In this document: positions 25,601-39,700 of the stretch, piece by piece
How the letters are laid out: each line of letters begins with the position of its first letter
Numbering within the stretch: position 1 is the stretch's first letter
Origin: Eledone cirrhosa
Taxonomy: Eukaryota
Assembly: GCA_964016885.1 (NCBI GenBank)
Contig: OZ024740.1
Coordinates: 138,322,001-138,386,000 of the forward strand
Direction of reading: 5' to 3'
DNA: 64,000 bases
The notes under the pieces: generated by a model
Seen by the model: the letters and a program-made list of their open reading frames with translations, nothing else
The model's database searches: none
Told to the model about the DNA's origin: nothing
Translations under genes and position numbers: made by a program

Positions 25601-28200
25601 AATCTCCAATTCTCTCTTTCTCTGATCACTTTTCTCTAAATCTCCAATTCTCTCTTTCTCTTATCACTTTTCTCTCAATCTCCAATTCTCTCTTTCTGTT
25701 ATCACTTTTCTCTCAATCACCAATTCTCTCTTTCTCTTATCACTTTTCTCTCAATCTCCAATTCTCTCTTACTCTTATCACTTTTCTCTCAATCTCCAAT
25801 TCTCTCTTTCTCTCATCACTTTTCTCTCAATCTCCAATTCACTTTTTCTCTTATCACTTTTCTCTCAATCTCCAATTCTCTCTTTCTCTTATCACTTTTC
25901 TCTCAATCTCCAATTCTCTTTTTCTCTTATCACTTTTCTCTCAATCTCCAATTCTCTCTTTCTCTTATCACTTTTCTCTCAATCTCCAATTCTCTCTTTC
26001 TCTTATCACTTTTCTCTCAATCTCCAATTCTCTCTTTCTCTTATCACTTTTCTCTCAATCTCCAATTCTCTCTTTCTCTGATCACTTTTCTCTCAATCTC
26101 CAATTCTCTCTTTCTCTTATCACTTTTCGCTCAATCTCCAATTCTCTCTTTCTCTTATCACTTTTCCCCCAATCTCCAATTCTCTCTTTCTCTTATCACT
26201 TTTCTCTCAATCTCCAATTCTCTCTTTCTCTTATCACTTTTCTCTCAATCTCCAATTCTCTCTTTCTCTTATCACTTTTCTCTCAATCTCCAATTCTCTC
26301 TTTCTCTTATCACTTTTCTCCCAATCGCCAATTCTCTCTGTTTCTTATCACTTTTCTCTCAATCTCCAATTCTCTCTTTCTCTTGTCACTTTTCTCTCAA
26401 TATCCAATTCTCTCTTTCTCTTATCACTTTTCTCTCAATCTCCAATTCTCTCTTTCTCTTATCACTTTTCTCTCAATCTCCAATTCTCTCTTTCTCTTAT
26501 CACTTTTCTCTCAATCTCCAATTCACTCTTTCTCTTATCACTTTTCTCTCAATCTCCAATTCTCTCTTTCTCTTATCACTTTTCTCTCAATCTCCAATTC
26601 TCTCTTTCTCTTATCACTTTTCTCTCAATCTCCAATTCTCTCTTTCTCTTATCACTTTCTCTCAATCTCCAATTCTCTCTTTCTCTTATCACTTTTCTCT
26701 CAATCTCCAATTCTCCCTTTCTCTTATCACTTTTCTCTCACTCTCCAATTCTCTCTTTTTATTATCACTTTTCTCTCAATCTCTAATTCTCTCTGTTTCT
26801 TATCACTTTTCTCTCAATCTCATATTCTCTCTTTCTCTTATTACTTTTCTCTCAATCTCCAATTCTCTCTTTCTCATATCACTTTTCTCTCAATCTCCAA
26901 TTTTCTCTTTCTCTTATCACATTTCTCTCAATATCCACTTCTCTCTTTCTCTTATCACTTTTCTCTCAACCTCCGATTCTCTCTTTCTCTTATGACTTTT
27001 CTCTCAATCACCAATTCTCTCTGTCTCTTATCACTTTTCTCTCAATCACCAATTCTCTCTGTCTCATATCACTTTTCTCTCAATCTCCAAATCTCTCTTT
27101 CTCTTATCACTTTTCTCTCAATCTCCAATTCTCTCTTTCTCTTATCACTTTTCCTCAATCTCCAATTCTCTCTTTCTCTTATCACTTTTCTCTCAATCTC
27201 CAATTCTCTTTTTCTCTTATGACTTTTCTCTCAATCACCAATTCTCTCTGTCTCTTATCACTTTTCTCTCAATCTCCAATTCTCTCTTTCTCTTATCACT
27301 TTTCTCTCAATCTCCAATTCTCTCTTTCTCTTATCACTTTTCTCTCAATCTCCAATTCTCTCTTTCTCTTATCACTTTTCTCTCAATCTCCAATTCTCTC
27401 TTTCTCTTATCACTTTTCTCTCAATCTCCAATTCTCTCTTTCTCTGATCACTTTTCTCTCAATCTCCAATTCTCTCTTTCTCTTATCACTTTTCTCTCAA
27501 TCTCCAATTCTCTCTTTCTCTTATCACTTTTCTCTCAATCTCCAATTCTCTCTTTCTCTTATCACTTTTCTCTCAATCTCCAATTCTCTCTTTCTCTTAT
27601 CACTTTTCTCTCAATCTCCAATTCTCTCTTTCTCTGATCACTTTTCTCTCAATCTCCAATTCTCTCTTTCTCTTATCACTTTTCTCTCAATCTCCAATTC
27701 TCTCTTTCTCTTATCACTTTTCACTCAATCTCCAATTCTCTCTTTCTCTTATCACTTTTCTCTCAATCTCCAATTCTCTCTTTCTCTTATCACTTTTCTC
27801 TCAATCTCCAATTCTCTCTTTCTCTTATCACTTTTCTCTCAATCTCCAATTCTCTCTTTCTCCTATCACTTTTCTCTCAATCTCCAATTCTCCCTTTCTC
27901 TTATCACTTTTCTCTCAATCTCCAATTCTCTCTTTTTCTTATCACTTTTCTCTCAATCTCTAATTATCTCTGTTTCTTATCACTTTTCTCTCAATCTCCA
28001 ATTCTCTCTTTCTCTTATCACTTTTCACTCAATATCCAATTCTCTCTTTCTCTTATCACTTTTCTCTCAATCTCCAATTCTCTCTTTCTCTTATCACTTT
28101 TCTCCCAATCTCCAATTCTCTCTTTCTCTTATCACTTTTCACTCAATCTCCAATTCTCTCTTTCTCTTATCACTTTTCTCTCAATCTCCAATTCTCTCTT
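20950..28200. repeat. ~3.5-3.7-kb (93-97 monomer) tandem block duplication overlapping the end of the 7.7-kb duplication
   Basis: CGCTCAAT 21151/24837 (+3686), CTCTAAATC 21990/25638 (+3648), TTGTCAC 22735/26383 (+3648), ATGAC 23345/26992 (+3647), CACTCAAT 24191/27723 (+3532). Confidence 0.82.
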
Positions 28201-29099
28201 TCTCTTATCACTTTTCTCTCAATCTCCAATTCTCTCTCTCTCTCTTATCACTTTCTCTCTCAATCTCCAATTCTCTCTTTTTCCTTTCACTTTGCCTTCA
28301 ATCTCCAATTCTCTCTTTCTCTTATCACTTTTCTCTCAATCTCCAATTCTCTCTTTCTCTTATCACTTTTCTCTCAATCTCCAATTCTCTCTTTCTCTTA
28401 TCACTTTTCTCTCAATCTCCAATCCTCTCTTTCTCTTATCACTTTTCTCTCAATCTCCAAATCTCTCTGTTTCTTATCACTTTTCTCTCAATCTCCAATT
28501 CTCTCTCCCTGTTATCACTTTTCCCCCAATCTCCCATTCTCTCTCTCTCATATCACTTTTCTCTCAATCTCCAATTTTCTCTTTCTCTTATCACATTTCT
28601 CTCAATCTCCACTTCTCTCTTTCTCTTATCACTTTTCTCTCAACCTCCCATTCTCTCTTTCTCTTATGACTTTTCTCTCAATCACCAATTCTCTCTGTCT
28701 CTTATCACTTTTCTCTCAATCACCAATTCTCTCTGTCTCTTATCACATTTCTCTCAATCTCCAAATCTCTCTTTCTCTTATCACTTTTCTCTCAATCTCC
28801 AATTCTCTCTTATTCTTATCACTTTTCTCTCAATCTCCAATTCTCTCTTTCTCTCATCACTTTTCTCTCAATCTCCAATTCTCTCTTTCTCTTATCACTT
28901 TTCTCTCAATCTCCAATTCTCTCTTTCTCTTATCACTTTTCTCTCAATCTCCAATTCTCTCTTTCTCTTATCACTTTTCTCTCAATCTCCAATTCACTCT
29001 TTCTCTTATCACTTTTCTCTCAATCTCCAATTCTCTCTTTCTCTTATCACTTTTCTCTCAATCTCCAATTCTCTCTTTCTCTTATCACTTTTCTCTCAA

Positions 29100-32000
29100 T
29101 CTCCAATTCTCTCTTTCTCTTATCACTTTTCTCTCAATCTCCAATTCTCTCTTTCTCTTATCACTTTTCTCTCAATCTCCAATTCTCCCTTTCTCTTATC
29201 ACTTTTCTCTCACTCTCCAATTCTCTCTTTCTCTTATCACTTTTCGCTCAGTCTCCAATTCTCTCTGTTTCTTATCACTTTTCACTCAATCTCCAATTCT
29301 CTCTTTCTCTTATCACTTTTCTCTCAATCTCCAATTCTCTCTTTCTCTTATCACTTTTCTCTCAATCTCCAATTCTCTCTTTCTCTGATCACTTTTCTCT
29401 CAATCTCCAATTCTCTCTTTCTCTTATCACATTTCTCTCAATCTCCAAATCTCTCTTTCTCTTATCACTTTTCTCTCAATCTCCAATTCTCTCTTATTCT
29501 TATCACTTTTCTCTCAATCTCCAATTCTCTCTTTCTCTCATCACTTTTCTCTCAATCTCCAATTCTCTCTTTCTCTTATCACTTTTCTTTCAATATACAA
29601 TTCTCTGTTTCTCTTATCACTTTTCTCTCAATCTCCAATTCTCTCTTTCTCTTATCACTTTTCTCTCAATCTCCAATTCTCTCTTTCTCTTATCACTTTT
29701 CTCTCAATCTCCAATTCTCTCTTTCTCTTATCACTTTTCTCTCAATCTCCAATTCACTCTTTCTCTTATCACTTTTCTCTCAATCTCCAATTCTCTCTTT
29801 CTCTTATCACTTTTCTCTCAATCTCCAATTCTCTCTTTCTCTTATCACTTTTCTCTCAATCTCCAATTCTCTCTTTCTCTTATCACTTTTCTCTCAATCT
29901 CCAATTCTCTCTTTCTCTTATCACTTTTCTCTCAATCTCCAATTCTCCCTTTCTCTTATCACTTTTCTCTCACTCTCCAATTCTCTCTTTTTATTATCAC
30001 TTTTCTCTCAATCTCTAATTCTCTCTGTTTCTTATCACTTTTCTCTCAATCTCATATTCTCTCTTTCTCTTATTACTTTTCTCTCAATCTCCAATTCTCT
30101 CTTTCTCATATCACTTTTCTCTCAATCTCCAATTTTCTCTTTCTCTTATCACATTTCTCTCAATATCCACTTCTCTCTTTCTCTTATCACTTTTCTCTCA
30201 ACCTCCCATTCTCTCTTTCTCTTATGACTTTTCTCTCAATCACCAATTCTCTCTGTCTCTTATCACTTTTCTCTCAATCACCAATTCTCTCTGTCTCATA
30301 TCACTTTTCTCTCAATCTCCAAATCTCTCTTTCTCTTATCACTTTTCTCTCAATCTCCAATTCTCTCTTTCTCTTATCACTTTTCCTCAATCTCCAATTC
30401 TCTCTTTCTCTTATCACTTTTCTCTCAATCTCCAATTCTCTTTTTCTCTTATGACTTTTCCCTCAATCTCCAATTCTCTCTTTCTCTTATCACTTTTCTC
30501 TCAATCTCCAATTCTCTTTTTCTCTTATGACTTTTCTCTCAATCACCAATTCTCTCTGTCTCTTATCACTTTTCTCTCAATCTCCAATTCTCTCTTTCTC
30601 TTATGGCTTTTCTCTCAATCTCCAATTCTCTCTTTCTCTTATCACTTTTCTCTCAATCTCCAATTCTCTCTTTCTCTTATTACTTTTCTCTCAATCTCCA
30701 ATTCTCCCTTTCTCTTATCACTTTTCTCTCAATCTCCAATTCTCTCTTTCTCTTATCACTTTTCTCTCAATCTCCAATTCTCTCTTTCTCTTATCACTTT
30801 TCTCTCAATCTCCAATTCTCTCTTTCTCTTATCACTTTTCTCTCAATCTCCAATTCTCTCTTTCTCTGATCACTTTTCTCTCAATCTCCAATTCTCTCTT
30901 TCTCTTATCACTTTTCTCTCAATCTCCAATTCTCTCTTTCTCTTATCACTTTTCTCTCAATCTCCAATTCTCTCTTTCTCTTATCACTTTTCTCTCAATC
31001 TCCAATTCTCTCTGTTTCTTATCACTTTTCTCTCAATCTCCAATTCTCTCTTTCTCTTATCACTTTTCTCTCAATCTCCAATTCTCTCTTTCTCTTATCA
31101 CTTTTCTCTCAATCTCCAATTCTCTCTTTCTCTTATCACTTTTCTCTCAATCTCCAATTCTCTCTTTCTCTTATCAATTTTTTCTCAATCTCCAATTCTC
31201 TCTTTCTCTTATCACTTTTCTCTCAATCTCCAATTCTCTCTTTCTCTTATCACTTTTCTCTCAATCTCCAATTCTCCCTTTTTCTTATCACTTTTCTCTC
31301 ACTCTCCAATTCTCTCTTTTTCTTATCACTTTTCTCTCAATCTCTAATTCTCTCTGTTGTTTCTTATCACTTTTCTCTCAATCTCATATTCTCTCTGTCT
31401 CTTATCACTTTTCTCTCAATCTCCAATTTTCTCTTTCTCTTATCACATTTCTCTCAATCTCCACTTCTCTCTTTCTCTTATCACTTTTCTCTCAACCTCC
31501 CATTCTCTCTTTCTCTTATGACGTTTCTCTCAATCACCAATTCTCTCTGTCTCTTATCACTTTTCTCTCAATCACCAATTCTCTCTGTCTCATATCACTT
31601 TTCTCTCAATCTCCAAATCTCTCTTTCTCTTATCACTTTTCTCTCAATCTCCAATTCTCTCTTTCTCTTATCACTTTTCCCTCAATCTCCAATTCTCTCT
31701 TTCTCTTATCACTTTTCTCTCAATCTCCAATTCTCTCTTTCTCTTATGACTTTTCTCTCAATCACCAATTCTCTCTGTCTCTTATCACTTTTCTCTCAAT
31801 CTCCAATTCTCTCTTTCTCTTATCACTTTTCTCTCAATCTCCTATTCTCTCTTACTCTTATCACTTTTCTCTCAATCTCCAAATCTCTCTTTCTCTCATC
31901 ACTTTTCTCTCAATCTCCAATTCTCTCTTTCTCTTATCACTTTTCTCTCAATCTCCAATTCTCTCTTTCTCTAATCACTTTTCTCTCAATCTCCAATTCT

Positions 32001-35000
32001 CTCTTTCTCTTATCACTTTTCTCTCAATCTCCAATTCTCTCTTTCTCTTATCACTTTTCTCTCAATCTCCGATTCTCTCTTTCTCTTATCACTTTTCTCT
32101 CAATCTCCAATTCTCTCTTTCTCTGATCACTTTTCTCTCAATCTCCAATTCTCTCTTTCTCTTATCACTTTTCTCTCAATCTCCAATTCTCTCTTTCTCT
32201 TATCACTTTTCTCTCAATCTCCAATTCTCTCTTTCTCTTATCACTTTTCTCTCAATCTCCAATTCTCTCTTTCTCTTATCACTTTTCTCTCAATCTCCAA
32301 TTCTCTCTTTCTCTTATCACTTTTCTCTCAATCTCCAAATCTCTCTTTCTCTTATCACTTTTCTCTCAATCTCCAATTCTCTCTTTCTCTTATCACTTTT
32401 CCCTCAATCTCCAATTCTCTCTTTCTCTTATCACTTTTCTCTCAATCTCCAATTCTCTCTTTCTCTTATCACTTTTCTCTCAATCTCCAATTCTCTCTTT
32501 CTCTTATCACTTTTCTCTCAATCTCCAATTCTCCCTTTCTCTTATCACTTTTCTCTCACTCTCCAATTCTCTCTTTCTCTTATCACTTTTCGCTCAATCT
32601 CCAATTCTCTCTGTTTCTTATCACTTTTCACTCAATCTCCAATTCTCTCTTTCTCTTATCACTTTTCTCTCAATCTCCAATTCTCTCTTTCTCTTATCAC
32701 TTTTCTCTCAATCTCCAATTCTCTCTTTCTCTGATCACTTTTCTCTCAATCTCCAATTCTCTCTTTCTCTTATCACATTTCTCTCAATCTCCAAATCTCT
32801 CTTTCTCTTATCACTTTTCTCTCAATCTCCAATTCTCTCTTATTCTTATCACTTTTCTCTCAATCTCCAATTCTCTCTTTCTCTCATCACTTTTCTCTCA
32901 ATCTCCAATTCTCTCTTTCTCTTATCACTTTTCTTTCAATCTACAATTCTCTGTTTCTCTTATCACTTTTCTCTCAATCTCCAATTCTCTCTTTCTCTTA
33001 TCACTTTTCTCTCAATCTCCAATTCTCTCTTTCTCTTATCACTTTTCTCTCAATCTCCAATTCTCTCTTTCTCTTATCACTTTTCTCTCAATCTCCAATT
33101 CAGTCTTTCTCTTATCACTTTTCTCTCAATCTCCAATTCTCTCTTTCTCTTATCACTTTTCTCTCAATCTCCAATTCTCTTTTTCTCTTATCACTTTTCT
33201 CTCAATCTCCAATTCTCTCTTTCTCTTATCACTTTTCTCTCAATCTCCAATTCTCTCTTTCTCTTATCACTTTTCTCTCAATCTCCAATTCTCCCTTTCT
33301 CTTATCACTTTTCTCTCACTCTCCAATTCTCTCTTTTTATTATCACTTTTCTCTCAATCTCTAATTCTCTCTGTTTCTTATCACTTTTCTCTCAATCTCA
33401 TATTCTCTCTTTCTCTTATTACTTTTCTCTCAATCTCCAATTCTCTCTTTCTCATATCACTTTTCTCTCAATCTCCAATTTTCTCTTTCTCTTATCACAT
33501 TTCTCTCAATATCCACTTCTCTCTTTCTCTTATCACTTTTCTCTCAACCTCCCATTCTCTCTTTCTCTTATGACTTTTCTCTCAATCACCAATTCTCTCT
33601 GTCTCTTATCACTTTTCTCTCAATCACCAATTCTCTCTGTCTCATATCACTTTTCTCTCAATCTCCAAATCTCTCTTTCTCTTATCACTTTTCTCTCAAT
33701 CTCCAATTCTCTCTTTCTCTTATCACTTTTCTCTCAATCTCCAATTCTCTTTTTCTCTTATGACTTTTCTCTCAATCACCAATTCTCTCTGTCTCTTATC
33801 ACTTTTCTCTCAATCTCCAATTCTCTCTTTCTCTTATGACTTTTCTCTCAATCTCCAATTCTCTCTTTCTCTTATCACTTTTCTCTCAATCTCCAATTCT
33901 CTCTTTCTCTTATCACTTTTCTCTCAATCTCCAATTCTCTCTTTCTCTTATCACTTTTCTCTCAATCTCCAATTCTCTCTTTTTCTTATCACTTTTCTCT
34001 CAATCTCCAATTCTCTCTTTCTCTTATCACTTTTCTCTCAATCTCCAATTCTCTCTTTCTCTTATCACTTTTCTCTCAATCTCCAATTCTCTCTTTCTCT
34101 GATCACTTTTCTCTCAATCTCCAATTCTCTCTTTCTCTTATCACTTTTCTCTCAATCTCCAATTCTCTCTTTCTCTTATCACTTTTCTCTCAATCTCCAA
34201 TTCTCTCTTTCTCTTATCACTTTTCTCTCAATCTCCAATTCTCTCTTTCTCTTATCACTTTTCTCTCAATCTCCAATTCTCTCTTTCTCTTATCACTTTT
34301 CTCTCAATCTCCAATTCTCTCTTTCTCTTATCACTTTTTTCTCAATCTCCAATTCTCTCTTTCTCTTATCACTTTTCTCTCAATCTCATATTCTCTCTTT
34401 CTCTTATCACTTTTCTCTCAATCTCATATTCTCTCTTTCTCTTATCACATTTCTCTCAATATCCACTTCTCTCTTTCTCTTATCACTTTTCTCTCAATCT
34501 CCAATTCTCTTTTTCTCTTATGACTTTTCTCTCAATCACCAATTCTCTCTGTCTCTTATCACTTTTCTCTCAATCTCCAATTCTCTCTTTCTCTTATCAC
34601 TTTTCTCTCAATCTCCAATTCTCTCTTTCTCTTATCACTTTTCTCTCAATCTCCAATTCTCTCTTTCTCTTATCACTTTTCTCTCAATCTCCAATTCTCT
34701 CTTTCTCTTATCACTTTTCCTCAATCTCCAATTCTCTCTTTCTCTTATCACTTTTCTCTCAATCTCCAATTCTCTTTTTCTCTTATGACTTTTCTCTCAA
34801 TCACCAATTCTCTCTGTCTCTTATCACTTTTCTCTCAATCTCCAATTCTCTCTTTCTCTTATGGCTTTTCTCTCAATCTCCAATTCTCTCTTTCTCTTAT
34901 CACTTTTCTCTCAATCTCCAATTCTCTCTTTCTCTTATTACTTTTCTCTCAATCTCCAATTCTCCCTTTCTCTTATCACTTTTCTCTCAATCTCCAATTC

Positions 35001-36700
35001 TCTCTTTCTCTTATCACTTTTCTCTCAATCTCCAATTCTCTCTTTCTCTTATCACTTTTCTCTCAATCTCCAATTCTCTCTTTCTCTTATCACTTTTCTC
35101 TCAATCTCCAATTCTCTCTTTCTCTGATCACTTTTCTCTCAATCTCCAATTCTCTCTTTCTCTTATCACTTTTCTCTCAATCTCCAATTCTCTCTTTCTC
35201 TTATCACTTTTCTCTCAATCTCCAATTCTCTCTTTCTCTTATCACTTTTCTCTCAATCTCCAATTCTCTCTGTTTCTTATCACTTTTCTCTCAATCTCCA
35301 ATTCTCTCTTTCTCTTATCACTTTTCTCTCAATCTCCAATTCTCTCTTTCTCTTATCACTTTTCTCTCAATCTCCAATTCTCTCTTTCTCTTATCACTTT
35401 TCTCTCAATCTCCAATTCTCTCTTTCTCTTATCAATTTTTTCTCAATCTCCAATTCTCTCTTTCTCTTATCACTTTTCTCTCAATCTCCAATTCTCTCTT
35501 TCTCTTATCACTTTTCTCTCAATCTCCAATTCTCCCTTTCTCTTATCACTTTTCTCTCACTCTCCAATTCTCTCTTTTTCTTATCACTTTTCTCTCAATC
35601 TCTAATTCTCTCTGTTGTTTCTTATCACTTTTCTCTCAATCTCATATTCTCTCTGTCTCTTATCACTTTTCTCTCAATCTCCAATTTTCTCTTTCTCTTA
35701 TCACATTTCTCTCAATCTCCACTTCTCTCTTTCTCTTATCACTTTTCTCTCAACCTCCCATTCTCTCTTTCTCTTATGACGTTTCTCTCAATCACCAATT
35801 CTCTCTGTCTCTTATCACTTTTCTCTCAATCACCAATTCTCTCTGTCTCATATCACTTTTCTCTCAATCTCCAAATCTCTCTTTCTCTTATCACTTTTCT
35901 CTCAGTCTCCAATTCTCTCTTTCTCTTATCACTTTTCCCTCAATCTCCAATTCTCTCTTTCTCTTATCACTTTTCTCTCAATCTCCAATACTCTCTTTCT
36001 CTTATGACTTTTCTCTCAATCACCAATTCTCTCTGTCTCTTATCACTTTTCTCTCAATCTCCAATTCTCTCTTTCTCTTATCACTTTTCTCTCAATCTCC
36101 TATTCTCTCTTACTCTTATCACTTTTCTCTCAATCTCCAAATCTCTCTTTCTCTCATCACTTTTCTCTCAATCTCCAATTCTCTCTTTCTCTTATCACTT
36201 TTCTCTCAATCTCCAATTCTCTCTTTCTCTAATCACTTTTCTCTCAATCTCCAATTCTCTCTTTCTCTTATCACTTTTCTCTCAATCTCCAATTCTCTCT
36301 TTCTCTTATCACTTTTCTCTCAATCTCCGATTCTCTCTTTCTCTTATCACTTTTCTCTCAATCTCCAATTCTCTCTTTCTCTGATCACTTTTCTCTCAAT
36401 CTCCAATTCTCTCTTTCTCTTATCACTTTTCTCTCAATCTCCAATTCTCTCTTTCTCTTATCACTTTTCTCTCAATCTCCAATTCTCTCTTTCTCTTATC
36501 ACTTTTCTCTCAATCTCCAATTCTCTCTTTCTCTTATCACTTTTCTCTCAATCTCCAATTCTCTCTTTCTCTTATCACTTTTCTCTCAATCTCCAAATCT
36601 CTCTTTCTCTTATCACTTTTCTCTCAATCTCCAATTCTCTCTTTCTCTTATCACTTTTCCCTCAATCTCCAATTCTCTCTTTCTCTTATCACTTTTCTCT
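29100..36700. repeat. Interleaved block duplications with offsets of 3,346 bp and 4,258 bp
   Basis: 30224/33570 differ by 3346 (88x38+2). 30527/34785, 30603/34861 and 31518/35776 all differ by 4258 (112x38+2). The +2 remainders match one 3-bp GTT insertion and one 1-bp deletion lying between the paired sites. Confidence 0.85.
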
Positions 36701-39700
36701 CAATCTCCAATTCTCTCTTTCTCTAATCACTTTTCTCTCAACCTCCCATTCTCTCTTTCTCTTATGACGTTTCTCTCAATCACCAATTCTCTCTGTCTCT
36801 TATCACTTTTCTCTCAATCACCAATTCTCTCTGTCTCATATCACTTTTCTCTCAATCTCCAAATCTCTCTTTCTCTTATCACTTTTCTCTCAATCTCCAA
36901 TTCTCTCTTTCTCTTATCACTTTTCCCTCAATCTCCAATTCTCTCTTTCTTTCATCACTTTTCTCTCAATCTCCAATTCTCTCTTTCTCTTATCACTTTT
37001 CTCTCAATCTCCAATTCTCTCTTTCTCTAATCACTTTTCTCTCAATCTCCAATTCTCTCTTTCTCTTATCACTTTTCTCTCAATCTCCAATTCTCTCTTT
37101 CTATTATCACTTTTCTCTCAATCTCCAATTCTCTCTTTCTCTTATCACTTTTCTCTCAATCTCCAATTCTCTCTTTCGCTGATCACTTTTCTCTCAATCT
37201 CCAATTCTCTCTTTCTCTTATCACTTTTCTCTCAATCTCCAATTCTCTCTTTCTCTTATCACTTTTCTCTCAATCTCCAATTCTCTCTTTCTCTTATCAC
37301 TTTTCTCTCAATCTCCAATTCTCTCTTTCTCTTATCACTTTTCTCTCAATCTCCAATTCTCTCTTTCTCTGATCACTTTTCTCTCAATCTCCAATTCTCT
37401 CTTTCTCTTATCACTTTTCTCTCAATCTCCAATTCTCTCTTTCTCTTATCACTTTTGTCTCAATCTCCAATTCTCTCTTTCTCTTATCACTTTTCTCTCA
37501 ATCTCCAATTCTCTCTGTTTCTTATCACTTTTCTCTCAATCTCCAATTCTCTCTTTCTCTTATCACTTTTATCTCAATCTCCAATTCTCTCTTTCTCTTA
37601 TCACTTTTCTCTCAATCTCAAATTCTCTCTTTCTCTTATCACTTTTCTCTCAATCTCCAATTCTCTCTTTCTCTGATCACTTTTCTCTCAATCTCCAATT
37701 CTCTCTTTCTCTTATCACTTTTCTCTCAATCTCCAATTCTCTCTTTCTCTGATCACTTTTCGCTCAATCTCCAATTCTCTCTTTCTCTTATCACTTTTCT
37801 CTCAATCTCCAATTCTCTCTTTCTCTTATCACTTTTCTCTCAATCTCCAATTCTCTCTTTCTCTCATCACTTTTCTCTCAATCTCCAATTCTCTCTTTCT
37901 CTTATCACTTTTCTCTCAATCTACAATTCTCTGTTTCTCTTATCACTTTTCTCTCAATCTCCAATTCTCTCTTTCTCTTATCACTTTTCTCTCAATCTCC
38001 AATTCTCTCTTTCTCTTATCACTTTTCTCTCAATCTCCAATTCTCTCTTTCTCTTATCACTTTTCTCTCAATCTCCAATTCTCTCTGTCTCTTATCACTT
38101 TTCTCTCAATCACCAATTCTCTCTGTCTCATATCACTTTTCTCTCAATCTCCAAATCTCTCTTTCTCTTATCACTTTTCTCTCAATCTCCAATTCTCTCT
38201 TTCTCTTATCACTTTTCCTCAATCTCCAATTCTCTCTTTCTCTTATCACTTTTCTCTCAATCTCCAATTCTCTCTTTCTCTTATCACTTTTCCCTCAATC
38301 TCCAATTCTCTTTTTCTCTTATCACTTTTCTCTCAATCTCCAATTCTCTCTTTCTCTTATGACTTTTCTCTCAATCACCAATTCTCTCTGTCTCTTATCA
38401 CTTTTCTCTCAATCTCCAATTCTCTCTTTCTCTTATCACTTTTCTCTCAATCTCCTATTCTCTCTTACTCTTATCACTTTTCTCTCAATCTCCAATTCTC
38501 TCTTTCTCTGATCACTTTTCTCTCAATCTCCAATTCTCTCTTTTTCTTATCACTTTTCTCTCAATCTCCAATTCTCTCTTTCTCTTATCACTTTTGTCTC
38601 AATCTCCAATTCTCTCTTTCTCTTATCACTTTTCTCTCAATCTCCAATTCTCTCTGTTTCTTATCACTTTTCTCTCAATCTCCAATTCTCTCTTTCTCTT
38701 ATCACTTTTCTCTCAATCTCCAATTCTCTCTTTCTCTTATCACTTTTCTCTCAATCTCCAATTCTCTCTTTCTCTTATCACTTTTCTCTCAATCTCCAAA
38801 TCTCTCTTTCTCTTATCACTTTTCTCTCAATCTCCAATTCTCTCTTTCTCTTATCACTTTTCCCTCAATCTCCAATTCTCTCTTTCTCTTATCACTTTTC
38901 TCTCAATCTCCAATTCTCTCTTTCTCTAATCACTTTTCTCTCAACCTCCCATTCTCTCTTTCTCTTATGACGTTTCTCTCAATCACCAATTCTCTCTGTC
39001 TCTTATCACTTTTCTCTCAATCACCAATTCTCTCTGTCTCATATCACTTTTCTCTCAATCTCCAAATCTCTCTTTCTCTTATCACTTTTCTCTCAATCTC
39101 CAATTCTCTCTTTCTCTTATCACTTTTCCCTCAATCTCCAATTCTCTCTTTCTTTCATCACTTTTCTCTCAATCTCCAATTCTCTCTTTCTCTTATCACT
39201 TTTCTCTCAATCTCCAATTCTCTCTTTCTCTAATCACTTTTCTCTCAATCTCCAATTCTCTCTTTCTCTTATCACTTTTCTCTCAATCTCCAATTCTCTC
39301 TTTCTCTTATCACTTTTCTCTCAATCTCCAATTCTCTCTTTCTCTTATCACTTTTCTCTCAATCTCCAATTCTCTCTTTCGCTGATCACTTTTCTCTCAA
39401 TCTCCAATTCTCTCTTTCTCTTATCACTTTTCTCTCAATCTCCAATTCTCTCTTTCTCTTATCACTTTTCTCTCAATCTCCAATTCTCTCTTTCTCTTAT
39501 CACTTTTCTCTCAATCTCCAATTCTCTCTTTCTCTTATCACTTTTCTCTCAATCTCCAATTCTCTCTTTCTCTTATCACTTTTCTCTCAATCTCCAATTC
39601 TCTCTTTCTCTGATCACTTTTCTCTCAATCTCCAATTCTCTCTTTCTCTTATCACTTTTCTCTCAATCTCCAATTCTCTCTTTCTCTTATGGCTTTTCTC

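Noticed and set aside
8599-28511. Exact 524 x 38 bp spacing of the two CCCTGTTATC variants as evidence of long-range phase maintenance
   Set aside because: It results from three 1-bp deletions cancelling one 3-bp expansion. Elsewhere the phase drifts freely (e.g. minus 5 over 9,761 bp), so this is probably coincidence.
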